DNA of 63,960 nucleotides from Cyanobacteriota bacterium. Lineage in GTDB: Bacteria > Cyanobacteriota > Cyanobacteriia > Leptolyngbyales > Leptolyngbyaceae. The stretch spans positions 1-63,960 of the forward strand of contig JAPLHZ010000113.1 of assembly GCA_026389365.1 (NCBI GenBank). Direction: 5' to 3'. Each line of letters opens with the position of its first letter. The stretch's first letter is position 1. This document shows positions 51,546 through 60,889 of the stretch, piece by piece. Position numbers and translations under genes: made by a program. The notes beneath the pieces are model-generated. The model was given only the letters and a program-made list of their open reading frames with translations, searched no databases and was not told where the DNA came from.

Positions 51546-52277
51546 ATGGTATTTCAAAATCGCGAAGGTCAAAAAGTACCGAGTGTGACATTTCGTGCGA
51601 GAGAGAATGGTGAATGGGTTGATATTAAGAGCGATGATTTATTTGCCGGACGCACTGTTGCTGTATTTTCACTGCCGGGTGCGTTCACACCGACCTGTTC
51701 TTCGACCCATGTGCCGGGTTACAACCAATTAGCTCCTGCGTTTCATGAAAATGGCGTAGATCAGATTGTTTGTTTGTCGGTGAATGATGGGTTTGTTATG
51801 GAGGAATGGTCGAAGGATCAACAAGCGGAGAATGTTCGGTTTATTCCGGATGGCAATGGTCAGTTTACGGAGGAAATGGGGCTGTTAGTTGACAAGGCTG
51901 ATTTGGGCTTTGGAAAACGATCGTGGCGTTATTCGATGATTGTTAAGGACGGCGTTGTCGATAAGATGTTTATTGAACCGGAAGAACCGGGAGATCCGTT
52001 TAAGGTTTCGGATGCGGAGACGATGCTTAATTACATTAATCCGAATGCAGTGAAGCCAAAAAATGTGTTTCTATTTACTAAAAAAGGCTGTCCGTTCTGT
52101 GCAAAAGCCAAGGAAATGTTGGCCGATCGGGGACTGAGTTATGAAGAAATAACCGTTGGTAAAGATGTTAGCTCGAAGGCGTTGAAAGCGGCGACAGGTG
52201 CGTTGACGGTTCCTCAGGTCTTTATTGACGGGACGTTAATTGGTGGTTCGGATGATTTAGAAGCGTATTTTGCTTAG
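51546..52277 (+). CDS. Peroxiredoxin (Prx5-type)-glutaredoxin hybrid protein
   Basis: 243 aa. PGAFTPTCS peroxidatic Cys motif, then C-terminal Grx domain with CPFC and TVPQVFI...GG.DD. Confidence 0.85.
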   Translation: MVFQNREGQKVPSVTFRARENGEWVDIKSDDLFAGRTVAVFSLPGAFTPTCSSTHVPGYNQLAPAFHENGVDQIVCLSVNDGFVMEEWSKDQQAENVRFIPDGNGQFTEEMGLLVDKADLGFGKRSWRYSMIVKDGVVDKMFIEPEEPGDPFKVSDAETMLNYINPNAVKPKNVFLFTKKGCPFCAKAKEMLADRGLSYEEITVGKDVSSKALKAATGALTVPQVFIDGTLIGGSDDLEAYFA

Positions 52278-52511
52278 AGCCATGGGGTGAATGAGAATCC
52301 GTGAATGAATGATTCTGTTGGCGAATTCGGTTCAAGTTCAGAAGCGATACCTATAGCGCGATCGTTGTCCCAATTTGCCAACAGAAATTTACTAATCGTT
52401 GGATATTGCTTGTCCCATTTCTGGGCAAATGCTAGAAATTCCTCGATCGTCTTCTGGATAGGTCTCCAGAAACTCCTCAAATGTCAATCTTCGTTGTAAT
52501 ACTTGCATCAT
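52274..52511 (-). pseudogene. Gene relics: Uma2-endonuclease-like 5' fragment followed out of frame by an IS256/mutator-type transposase fragment
   Basis: A 39-codon ORF from ATG 52511 reads MMQVLQRRLTFEEFLETYPEDD (Uma2-like N-terminus, from memory). The overlapping frame reads EEFLAFAQKWDKQYPTISKFLLANWDN, resembling the W-x-K-x-YP...W..NW block of IS256-family transposases. Neither frame is full length. Confidence 0.35.
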
Positions 52512-52573
52512 AGATTTAGCCCTTTTCCTCACTATTCCTCACTATGATGATGAAAATAATAAATAGTAAAGCT

Positions 52574-53971
52574 CTAGCCCAATCGCGTGGCAAAGTTCTT
52601 TTCACGATTGGGGGACAACGATCGTGCTTTCAAAATCGCCGCGCCAAGTAAGGCATAGGATAATAATCCGATCGTCGCTAAAGCAAAGGGACCAATAAAG
52701 GGGATTCCTCCGACTGAATTCCACATCGTATGCAATAGCGCTGCCGTCAAATAGCCGACAAGTAATGTCACCACCGCACCGCGTGGTTTCAAAACGGCCA
52801 GCCCAATAGCATAGCCAAAATATCCGCTATAGGCCATATGTCCCGCAATAGAACCCAGTAACCGCGCAATTAAAATCTGTAACCCTTGCGCTTCACTCGC
52901 ATCAGCCCCCACCTGCAACATTGTATTTTGAATAATGGCCGGAACATACTGCCCCATCGTTTCAAGCAACGTAAACCCCATGGCCGACGCGGTTCCAAAT
53001 AATATTCCATCCAACGGTTCTTGAATACCATACCGATCGCGCCACCGAGGCGATTGCCCCAATCCAATCAATGCTAAAACCAGTAACGGCAAGGCTTTCA
53101 GCAACTCCTCCATCAGCCCTGCACCAAAGAACATATTAATTAAATTCACATCATTAGGTGAAATTTGTCCCGGCAAAATCGATCGAAACACTTTAACAAA
53201 TACTAAAAATACCGGACTCAGAATCAGCCCCACCGTACTCAATCCCACTAACAGAATCACCCACCACGCCTTCGGTTTGCCACAGAGTTGATAGACCCGA
53301 TAATAGGCGGCAAGGCCCAAATATGAAGCCAAAATCCCATTGAACGATCGCTGATTTCCCACGGTAAAAAACAACGACACCACGGCCACAATTGTCACCA
53401 CAGCAGGAAAGATATAGGCTTTGCGTCGAATCTCTAACCCGGTCGAAAGAATAGGTAATAACTGCGTCAACGTGACTCGATCGGGGTCTTTGGAACTCGT
53501 CGCAACATTGGCGTAGTTGTCTTTATTGTATTCTGATAGCCCAGAACGCTTGAATAACGAATTGCGTCCGATCGGCGTAAGGCTCTTATCGTTTGCGATC
53601 GATTTAGATTCTTGCGATACTTGATCAAATCTATACTCTGGACCATTCTGACCCAGAACAATCCGATCGCCATCCTGCAAAACTTGGCAACCCACAAGGC
53701 GCTGACCATTCACAAACGTGCCATTGGAACTATTGAGATCACAAATCCACCAGCGAGATTCCATGCCGAATGTGGTCACTGGGCGAATTTCGGCATGTCG
53801 CCGTGATACTGATCCGTAGATCAATGGATCGACGGGTATTGGGCAATCTAGGTCACGCCCCATGGCCAAGCTGCAACCCGCAACCAATGAGTAACGAGAC
53901 AGGGTTGAATTGTCTCCCGGTTCAATTTGACGTAACGAAGCCACTAGTATGAATTCCACAATTCCACCCAA
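52574..53971 (-). CDS. FHA domain fused to PrsW-family intramembrane protease
   Basis: 465 aa. N-terminal FHA (GRD...VSRRHAEI...NSSNGTFVNGQRL). C-terminal multi-TM region with PrsW-type motifs MEELLKALP, GFTLLE, HTMWN. Confidence 0.7.
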   Translation of the reverse strand: MGGIVEFILVASLRQIEPGDNSTLSRYSLVAGCSLAMGRDLDCPIPVDPLIYGSVSRRHAEIRPVTTFGMESRWWICDLNSSNGTFVNGQRLVGCQVLQDGDRIVLGQNGPEYRFDQVSQESKSIANDKSLTPIGRNSLFKRSGLSEYNKDNYANVATSSKDPDRVTLTQLLPILSTGLEIRRKAYIFPAVVTIVAVVSLFFTVGNQRSFNGILASYLGLAAYYRVYQLCGKPKAWWVILLVGLSTVGLILSPVFLVFVKVFRSILPGQISPNDVNLINMFFGAGLMEELLKALPLLVLALIGLGQSPRWRDRYGIQEPLDGILFGTASAMGFTLLETMGQYVPAIIQNTMLQVGADASEAQGLQILIARLLGSIAGHMAYSGYFGYAIGLAVLKPRGAVVTLLVGYLTAALLHTMWNSVGGIPFIGPFALATIGLLSYALLGAAILKARSLSPNREKNFATRLG

Positions 53972-54053
53972 ACATTGGCAGCCAACGCTAATATTCAGTC
54001 ACAGTTAGTCATCATTTTAGTCTAGTGAACATTAAGATACAATCTCAATCCAA

Positions 54054-54251
54054 TTAAAGATTAGATTTCGCATCTTTCACTGCTTCTAAGAATGCCCATA
54101 TGCTTACGGGAATCGTAATCACCAGAATACCTGTTGTCAGCGCACTCCCCCAATCCGGCGTACCTGAGGTCAGCTCAAATACACAACCAACCGCCGCGAT
54201 CGCCGCTACACAAGAAAGTCCCAGAAACGTACTACTTTTTGTTGTCATCAT
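54054..54251 (-). CDS. Small two-helix membrane protein (hypothetical)
   Basis: 65-aa ORF with two hydrophobic segments, between def and the FHA-PrsW gene on the same strand. Confidence 0.35.
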   Translation of the reverse strand: MMTTKSSTFLGLSCVAAIAAVGCVFELTSGTPDWGSALTTGILVITIPVSIWAFLEAVKDAKSNL

Positions 54252-54301
54252 AATTTAATTCTCTCATTAATTGTCAAAATGGATTTAAGGGGCAATAGAA
54301 T

Positions 54302-54871
54302 TTAGGCTATTGCTTTTACGGTCTTCAAAGAAAATCCTTGCTTTTTCAGTTCTTGTCCGAGGGCGAGATGGTTCGGGATTCGATCGACGAACAGGATGCC
54401 ATTCAGATGATCCACTTCATGCTGAATCACCCGAGACAGCAAGCCATCGGCAGTCAAGGTCTTCAGTCGTCCATACTCATCTTTGTAGCTAACTTCCACT
54501 ACATCAAGACGAACCACATCCATAAAAACACCCACTACGCTCAAGCAACCTTCTTGATCGGAGACCTTTTCCCCGCCGAGTCTCTTAATCACCGGATTAA
54601 TGAGGACAAGTGGCTCAATATCCGGTTTATCGGTTTCCACGTCAATCACCACGATTTGTCTATTAATACCGACTTGCGGAGCTGCCAATCCAATCCCATC
54701 TTGGCTGTACATTGTCTGCAACATTTTTCGCACAGTCTCCCGCAGTTCCTCGTCAATTTTAGTGACCCGTTTAGCGGGCTGACGCAACATCTTATCCCCC
54801 AACTGAACCACCTCCAGAGGCGGATTCTTCATTTTTTTCTTATTAATCACGATCGACGACGTAGTACTCAT
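54302..54871 (-). CDS. def: Peptide deformylase
   Basis: ORF 54302-54901; ATG 54871 is preferred. GIGLAAPQVG, EGCLS, QHEVDHL motifs. Confidence 0.9.
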   Translation of the reverse strand: MSTTSSIVINKKKMKNPPLEVVQLGDKMLRQPAKRVTKIDEELRETVRKMLQTMYSQDGIGLAAPQVGINRQIVVIDVETDKPDIEPLVLINPVIKRLGGEKVSDQEGCLSVVGVFMDVVRLDVVEVSYKDEYGRLKTLTADGLLSRVIQHEVDHLNGILFVDRIPNHLALGQELKKQGFSLKTVKAIA

Positions 54872-55263
54872 GGGTTCAATTCTCGGGAGCAATTCACGCA
54901 AATGGAATCCCCTTATTCTAGCGAAGTCTGCACACCCATTACAAAATGCTCACCCAATCAGCAATTCCAAATTCAAAAAGGTTCCCTTCTGCTGCCAACT
55001 TGGGCACATTGGTCATTAATGTGGTGGAAAATCCTCTCAGCGATCGTCCCCCTGTATCAAAAAATAATAAGTCTTTCCTGGGTAAAACTTTCAATACATC
55101 CGCCAATACATCGGCGTTTTGAATTTGGAATGGCTAAATTAAAATAGATCAGAGGTGAATTTTTGTGTGGACTGAAGTAGGATTAAACATGCGATCGGTT
55201 TTGAGCCTGATCCCGCATCACCTCACAAATCTTTTAATGAAAACCTTTTGAGTTTGATTTGTT

Positions 55264-56256
55264 GTGACTACGCTAGAGCCACAGTTTTTATCTCCTCATC
55301 TCTCATTGCACACCGGATCCGATCGTCAGCAGTTACCGTTGGCGATTGGAACTTGCTGGACGGTTGGGCGAGGCGAGGAGAATGATTTCATACTGGGCGA
55401 TCGATGGATCTCTCGGAACCACGCGATGCTTCAGAGCATGGAAACAGGTGAGGTATACCTGATTGACTTGGGCAGTCGCAACGGATCCTTTGTTAATGGC
55501 CGTCGCGTGAGTGTGCCCGTGACCTTGAGAAGTGGCGATCGTCTCACCTTTGGGCAGACCGAACTGGATTTTTATGCGCCGCCTCGACGGCCCTATGTCC
55601 CCTCCTCTGATGCAGAAATACGAGATTTCACCGCAACAGCTGCGTTACATGTGCGCTGCTTGATTTCGGTATTGGTGATAGACATTCGGGACTTTACGGT
55701 GCTGACGAGGCAGTTGGATGAACAAGTGCTGTCGGAGATGATTGGGACGTGGTTCCGCCGATCAGGCGAGATTATTCGTAAATATGGAAGCTGGGTTGAT
55801 AAATATATTGGCGATGCAATCATGGCCGTGTGGATCCATGGGAGCGATGTTGTCGGACCAGGGGAAATGATGCTTGCGTTGGAAGCAGTTCGTGAGATTT
55901 ATAAGATGACCCAAGAGGTTTCCGCGCAGTTTCCGGTTCCATTTCCGCTGCGGATTGGTGCAGGAGTGAATACAGGGTTTGCGATGGTAGGCAACACAGG
56001 AAGCGGCGATCGGCCTGACTATACGGCTCTAGGCGATACGGTGAATGCGGCCTTTCGTCTGGAATCCGCGACTAAACAACTGGGCTGTGATGTGGCGATC
56101 GGGGAACTGACCTACCAATCGTTAGCCCTAACTGATTACGATCCCTTTCAGTTGCATAGTGTGGAGCTAAAGGGCTATGACGTTCCGACGCAGACTCATG
56201 CCTGTTTATTTGGTGAATTGGGCACGTTTCTGACCCATCAGGACGCTAGGAACTGA
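55264..56256 (+). CDS. FHA domain-containing class III adenylate/guanylate cyclase (Cya1-like)
   Basis: 330 aa, GTG start. FHA (GRGEENDF...ISRNHAML...GSRNGSFVNGRRV) followed by cyclase domain (VLVIDIRDFT, KYIGDAIMAVW, GDTVNAAFRLES). Confidence 0.8.
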   Translation: MTTLEPQFLSPHLSLHTGSDRQQLPLAIGTCWTVGRGEENDFILGDRWISRNHAMLQSMETGEVYLIDLGSRNGSFVNGRRVSVPVTLRSGDRLTFGQTELDFYAPPRRPYVPSSDAEIRDFTATAALHVRCLISVLVIDIRDFTVLTRQLDEQVLSEMIGTWFRRSGEIIRKYGSWVDKYIGDAIMAVWIHGSDVVGPGEMMLALEAVREIYKMTQEVSAQFPVPFPLRIGAGVNTGFAMVGNTGSGDRPDYTALGDTVNAAFRLESATKQLGCDVAIGELTYQSLALTDYDPFQLHSVELKGYDVPTQTHACLFGELGTFLTHQDARN

Positions 56257-56381
56257 CAGATTAAGAGCATTGGGAATCAAAAAAAGGTTTCTTCTTGCAA
56301 CGATGTACGCTCAGGCCCGATGATAGTTGCTAGATTTAATGTTGTGTTTTGTGTCTAATTGGGTTCGGGAGGACTGATTTT

Positions 56382-56786
56382 ATGAAGCGTTTAGTTCGAT
56401 GGTTGTCAGCTATTAGTATTGCGATTGTCTGTATGGGTCTACTGGCCTACAGTCAGCCTGCAATGGCCGACAACAAGGATGTCGAAAAAGAATCTATGCG
56501 AAATAAAGTCGCAGACAAAATGTCTACGGCCTTCGGTAAGAAGCTAGATTTGAATAATACGAATCTTCGTTACTTCCGCGTGTTGCAAGGCATGTACCCA
56601 ACGCTAGCGGGATTGATTGTAAAAAATTCTCCCTACGCTTCGGTTGAAGATGTGCTGAAGATTCCTGGCTTGACGGAAGCTCAAATCGCGACTCTGACGC
56701 GCAACATGGACCAGTTCACTGTCACTGAAGTCGAAGAAGCGCTGACCGAAGGAGCCGATCGGATTAATAATGGTGCATATCGGTAG
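56382..56786 (+). CDS. psbU: Photosystem II 12-kDa extrinsic protein PsbU
   Basis: ORF 56349-56786; ATG 56382 is preferred, with GGGAGGA upstream. Signal peptide, then LDLNNTN...[28 protein letters not shown]...FTVTEVE...NNGAYR. Confidence 0.9.
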   Translation: MKRLVRWLSAISIAIVCMGLLAYSQPAMADNKDVEKESMRNKVADKMSTAFGKKLDLNNTNLRYFRVLQGMYPTLAGLIVKNSPYASVEDVLKIPGLTEAQIATLTRNMDQFTVTEVEEALTEGADRINNGAYR

Positions 56787-56939
56787 AACGATTCTCTTCC
56801 TAATTCCTAGTCAAGGACGGGGTTGGGGAAGGGGAAATTTTTGATTTTAGTCTAGGCACTCTCTGGGGAACTCGTTTTTGAGTGATGGGGGGTGCTTTGC
56901 TTTTGGGGCTTTTTAATTATTTTTTAGGATGACATTCTG

Positions 56940-58598
56940 ATGGTGGATGCTCGCGGGTTTGATGGCAGATTTAATGACAGATTTGATGTGATTGTGGTGG
57001 GGGCGGGGGCGGCGGGCCTATACAGTGCGCTGTGTTTACCGGGAAATTTGCGGGTGGGATTGATTAGTAAGGATAAATTGTCACGATCGGCGAGTGGTTG
57101 GGCACAGGGCGGGATTGCGGCGGTGGTAGACCCGGAGGATTCGACGGAGTTGCATTTAATCGATACGCTGCGGGCGGGGGCGGGGTTGTGTGATGAAGCG
57201 GCGGTGCGTTTTTTGGTGGAGACTGCTCCTGACTGTATCGAGCATTTAATTGCCTTGGGTGTGGCCTTCGATCGTACATCTGAGAACAAAATCGCCTTGA
57301 CCTTGGAAGCCGCTCATTCCCGTCGTCGGGTGCTTCATGCAGCAGACACCACGGGGCGAGCTGTGGTCACGACCCTGACGGAGCATGTACTGGGACGATC
57401 GAATATTGAGATTTTGTCGCCGGGATTTGTGGTGGATTTGTGGATAATTGACGGCGAATGTCAGGGCGTGCGGCTCTTGTTTGATGGGGTGATTGAAAAT
57501 GTGCGATCGGGGGCGGTGGTGTTGGCGACGGGCGGCGGTGGTCAGGTGTTTTCACAAACCACCAATCCTCGAGTGAGTACGGGGGATGGGGTAGCGATTG
57601 CCCATCGATCGGGCGCAGTAGTGCGGGATTTGGAGTTTGTCCAGTTTCACCCAACGGCATTAACGGTGGTGGGTGCGCCTCGGTTTTTGATTAGTGAAGC
57701 CGTCCGGGGTGAAGGGGCACATCTGATCGATGACACAGGTCGGCGGTTTGTGTTTGACGATCATCCGTCAGGAGAATTGGCTCCCCGTGATGTCGTGAGC
57801 CGATCGATTTTTCGACATTTACAAAAAACAGGCGCGAAATCGGTCGGATTGGATTTGCGGGTGATTAGCCGCGATCGGGTTCTCTATCGATTTCCAAACA
57901 TTGTGCAAGTCTGTAAGGACTGGGGGATTGATGTATTTCAGCAGCCGATTCCAGTGGGTCCAGCGGCGCATTATTGGATGGGTGGAGTGGCTTGTGATGC
58001 TTTAAATCGCAGTTCAGTCCCAGGGCTGTATGTGGTGGGTGAGACTGCGAGTACGGGGGTTCATGGCGCAAATCGGTTGGCGAGTAATTCCCTGTTGGAA
58101 TGTGTGGTGTATGGATCTCAGTTGAAGGATATTAAACTGGTGAAGCACAGAAACCCCGTCTCGAATGAATCGGAAGTTGTGGCAGAAGTCTCGAATCCGG
58201 CGAGTTTGGTGGTGAATCAGGCCGATCGATCGGTGGTGTTGGAGTTGCGAGAGCGATTGCCGGAGTTGATGTGGAATGCGGCTGGAATCGTGCGGGAGAG
58301 GGCGGTGCTAGAGTTAGCGATTGTGCAGGTGGATAGTTGGATTGAGAGGTTTGATAGATCAGCTCTATCCCGCACATTGGTGGCTACGGAACGAATTCTA
58401 ATTGATGACGAATCATTGGTGCGGGAGTGGGGCGAGTTACGAAATTTATTGACGGTAGGCCGATTGATTTTGCGGAGTGCGTTGTTTCGTCAAGAGAGCC
58501 GGGGCGGACATTTTCGGGAAGATTTTCCAGAGACACAAGATGATGCGTGGGCAGCACATTCGGCGGTGGTGGGCGATCGGTTGATGCTGATGAGTTGA
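56940..58598 (+). CDS. nadB: L-aspartate oxidase
   Basis: 552 aa. FDVIVVGAGAAGL FAD motif, HPTAL, RGEGA, GANRLASNSLLE. Confidence 0.9.
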   Translation: MVDARGFDGRFNDRFDVIVVGAGAAGLYSALCLPGNLRVGLISKDKLSRSASGWAQGGIAAVVDPEDSTELHLIDTLRAGAGLCDEAAVRFLVETAPDCIEHLIALGVAFDRTSENKIALTLEAAHSRRRVLHAADTTGRAVVTTLTEHVLGRSNIEILSPGFVVDLWIIDGECQGVRLLFDGVIENVRSGAVVLATGGGGQVFSQTTNPRVSTGDGVAIAHRSGAVVRDLEFVQFHPTALTVVGAPRFLISEAVRGEGAHLIDDTGRRFVFDDHPSGELAPRDVVSRSIFRHLQKTGAKSVGLDLRVISRDRVLYRFPNIVQVCKDWGIDVFQQPIPVGPAAHYWMGGVACDALNRSSVPGLYVVGETASTGVHGANRLASNSLLECVVYGSQLKDIKLVKHRNPVSNESEVVAEVSNPASLVVNQADRSVVLELRERLPELMWNAAGIVRERAVLELAIVQVDSWIERFDRSALSRTLVATERILIDDESLVREWGELRNLLTVGRLILRSALFRQESRGGHFREDFPETQDDAWAAHSAVVGDRLMLMS

Positions 58599-58686
58599 TC
58601 TAAATCCATAAAGAAGGGAACACCGAGGCATTCCCTAAATAAGGATGATTTTAAATTTAGGTTGGATTTAAATTAGGCTGGTTCAA

Positions 58687-58983
58687 TTAAGCTACTAACG
58701 TATCCGATCGAAGAGCGGGGGGAACGTTATCGGGAATAGCCAAATCGCGACATGCCAGCGTATCAGACAAAATTGCGCTGGCCATCATTCCGGTATGAAT
58801 TTCGAGATGAGCTTCACCAGGAGCGACGAAAAGAAGGCGCTGCCCAGGAAAAACAACCCGTTCAAAATACCAATTTTTAATATCGGTAATCCGGACAACT
58901 TGAATTTGGCTTGTGTAGTTCAGATAGGTGCAGGTGAGGCGATCGGAGTGGTCCTGTGGTACGGGATCAAGGATTTGCGGCAT
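58687..58983 (-). CDS. DUF1830-like small cyanobacterial protein
   Basis: ORF 58687-59193; ATG 58983 is preferred (98 aa). IQVVRITDIKNWYFERVVFPGQRLLF...LEIHTGMMASAILSD recalls DUF1830 (from memory). Confidence 0.5.
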   Translation of the reverse strand: MPQILDPVPQDHSDRLTCTYLNYTSQIQVVRITDIKNWYFERVVFPGQRLLFVAPGEAHLEIHTGMMASAILSDTLACRDLAIPDNVPPALRSDTLVA

Positions 58984-59199
58984 GGTTGAAGGAGTGGTTG
59001 GTGTGGGAGGAATTCTTAAAAAGTCTAACAGCCCTAAATCATGCAAACTGTCAAGATAGTTACGAATGTATTTTTCACACCGTTTTTTAGAGATAGTCAA
59101 GGGTTTTCGAGCTGAAACGCTGCTATTTTTAAGGGTCGGTGCTATCGTAAAGTTATGTGAAATGTTTCTCATCTCTTCGATTTCACGGGTCAATCAGCC

Positions 59200-60768
59200 A
59201 TGAATCCTCGCATCCTCTACGTTCGCCTTCCATGCAATCCAATTTTCCCGATCGGAGTTGTATATCTTGCGGATCATGTCCACAAGTTGTTTCCTGAGGT
59301 GGAACAGCGGATCTTTGATTTGGGGACAGTGCCGCCATTGGATTATTCCAGAGCATTGGATCGGGTTATTGATGAGTTTAGACCGACGTTGACGGTATTT
59401 TCCTGGCGTGACATTCAGATTTATGCCCCTGTGGGTGGGCGCGGCGGTAATCCGTTACAGAATGCTTTTGAGTTTTTCTATTCTAAAAATTTACTACTGA
59501 AGCTTCGCGGGGCGCTGGGCGGGGCGAAGATGTTGGCTTGGTACTACGGTGAACTGTGGCGCAATCGTCGGTTGATTGCGCGTGGGGTGAAGCGAGCGCG
59601 GCGTTATGTAAAAACTGTCGCTACTGTGGTAGGCGGTGGGGCGGTAAGTGTGTTCTATGAGCAGCTTGGAGACAAGTTGCCAAAGGGAACTATTGTGTCA
59701 GTCGGCGAGGGCGAGTCATTGCTGGAACGATTGATTCGTGGGGAGAGTTTGGAGACTGAACGCTGCTATGTGGCGGGGATGGAAAAGCCTCGTGAACGAT
59801 TGATTCATGAATTGCCGAAAAATATTGAAAAATCGGCCTGTGAATACAACTATACCGAGTCTATTTGGCCAGAGTTTAATTATTATTTTGAATCTGATGA
59901 TTTTTATGTCGGGGTGCAGACCAAACGCGGCTGTCCTCACAATTGTTGCTATTGCGTGTATACGGTGATTGAGGGGAAACAGGTTCGGATTAATCCTGCT
60001 GATGAAGTTGTGGCTGAGATGCAGCAGTTGTACGATCGGGGCATTCGGAATTTCTGGTTTACAGACGCACAATTCATTCCGGCCCGTAAATACATTGAAG
60101 ATGCAAAAGTATTGCTCCGTAAGGTATTAGCAGCGGGAATGCAGGACATTCATTGGGCGGCTTATATCCGGGCCGACAATATGGATCCGGAATTAGCGGA
60201 TTTGATGGTTAAAACTGGAATGAATTACTTTGAGATTGGGATCACCAGTGGATCTCAAGAGCTAGTCCGTAAGATGCGTATGGGCTATAACCTCCGGACT
60301 GTTTTGCAAAATTGCCGAGATTTGAAAGCGGCTGGATTTGATGCGATGGTGTCGGTGAATTATTCATTTAATGTGATTGATGAAACGTTTGAAACTATTC
60401 GCCAAACGATCGCCTATCATCGAGAATTAGAAGCTATTTTTGGGGTTGATAAAGTAGAACCTGCAATATTTTTCATTGGTCTTCAACCGCATACCCATTT
60501 GGAAGATTATGCGTTTGAAACTGGGGCATTGAATCGGGATTATGATCCGATGAATCAAATGCCTTGGAATGCGATGAAACTGTTATGGAATCCCGGCAAA
60601 ATGGGTGATTATTTTGGCGATGTTTGTCTTCAGGCTTGGCGTAGGAATTCGGCAGATTTTGGACGGGAGGTAATGTTGGTATTAGAAGAACAGTTAGGCC
60701 GATCGCCCCTTGAAGAAGCATTGACGGCTCCGGTGATAGAGAAGCCCCGCGAGATGGTCCGGATGTAG
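59200..60768 (+). CDS. B12-binding-domain-like radical SAM protein (possibly the cyanobacterial high-light-acclimation type)
   Basis: 522 aa. Radical SAM cluster motif KRGCPHNCCYCVY. N-terminal Rossmann-like B12-binding-type region. Confidence 0.75.
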   Translation: MNPRILYVRLPCNPIFPIGVVYLADHVHKLFPEVEQRIFDLGTVPPLDYSRALDRVIDEFRPTLTVFSWRDIQIYAPVGGRGGNPLQNAFEFFYSKNLLLKLRGALGGAKMLAWYYGELWRNRRLIARGVKRARRYVKTVATVVGGGAVSVFYEQLGDKLPKGTIVSVGEGESLLERLIRGESLETERCYVAGMEKPRERLIHELPKNIEKSACEYNYTESIWPEFNYYFESDDFYVGVQTKRGCPHNCCYCVYTVIEGKQVRINPADEVVAEMQQLYDRGIRNFWFTDAQFIPARKYIEDAKVLLRKVLAAGMQDIHWAAYIRADNMDPELADLMVKTGMNYFEIGITSGSQELVRKMRMGYNLRTVLQNCRDLKAAGFDAMVSVNYSFNVIDETFETIRQTIAYHRELEAIFGVDKVEPAIFFIGLQPHTHLEDYAFETGALNRDYDPMNQMPWNAMKLLWNPGKMGDYFGDVCLQAWRRNSADFGREVMLVLEEQLGRSPLEEALTAPVIEKPREMVRM

Positions 60769-60889
60769 GGGTTAAGTCCGATCGAATTCGATAGTCTTAG
60801 GGGATTCGGGGAAATTGATTCAGTCAGTATCTTCAATAGCGCTAAACTCTTATGCGAGAGAAGCCCTTAAGTCACCGCGATCGTCCCTG

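Noticed and set aside
54338-55147. 269-aa plus-strand ORF
   Set aside because: It is entirely antisense to peptide deformylase and runs into the intergenic region. The sequence is low-complexity and His/Ile/Leu-rich with no motif, while the def frame on the opposite strand has all three deformylase motifs. This is a shadow ORF.
56817-56905. Cluster of GGGG runs after psbU (possible G-quadruplex)
   Set aside because: Only three closely spaced G4 runs are present. The fourth is more than 30 nt away, so the canonical G3+N1-7 pattern is not met.
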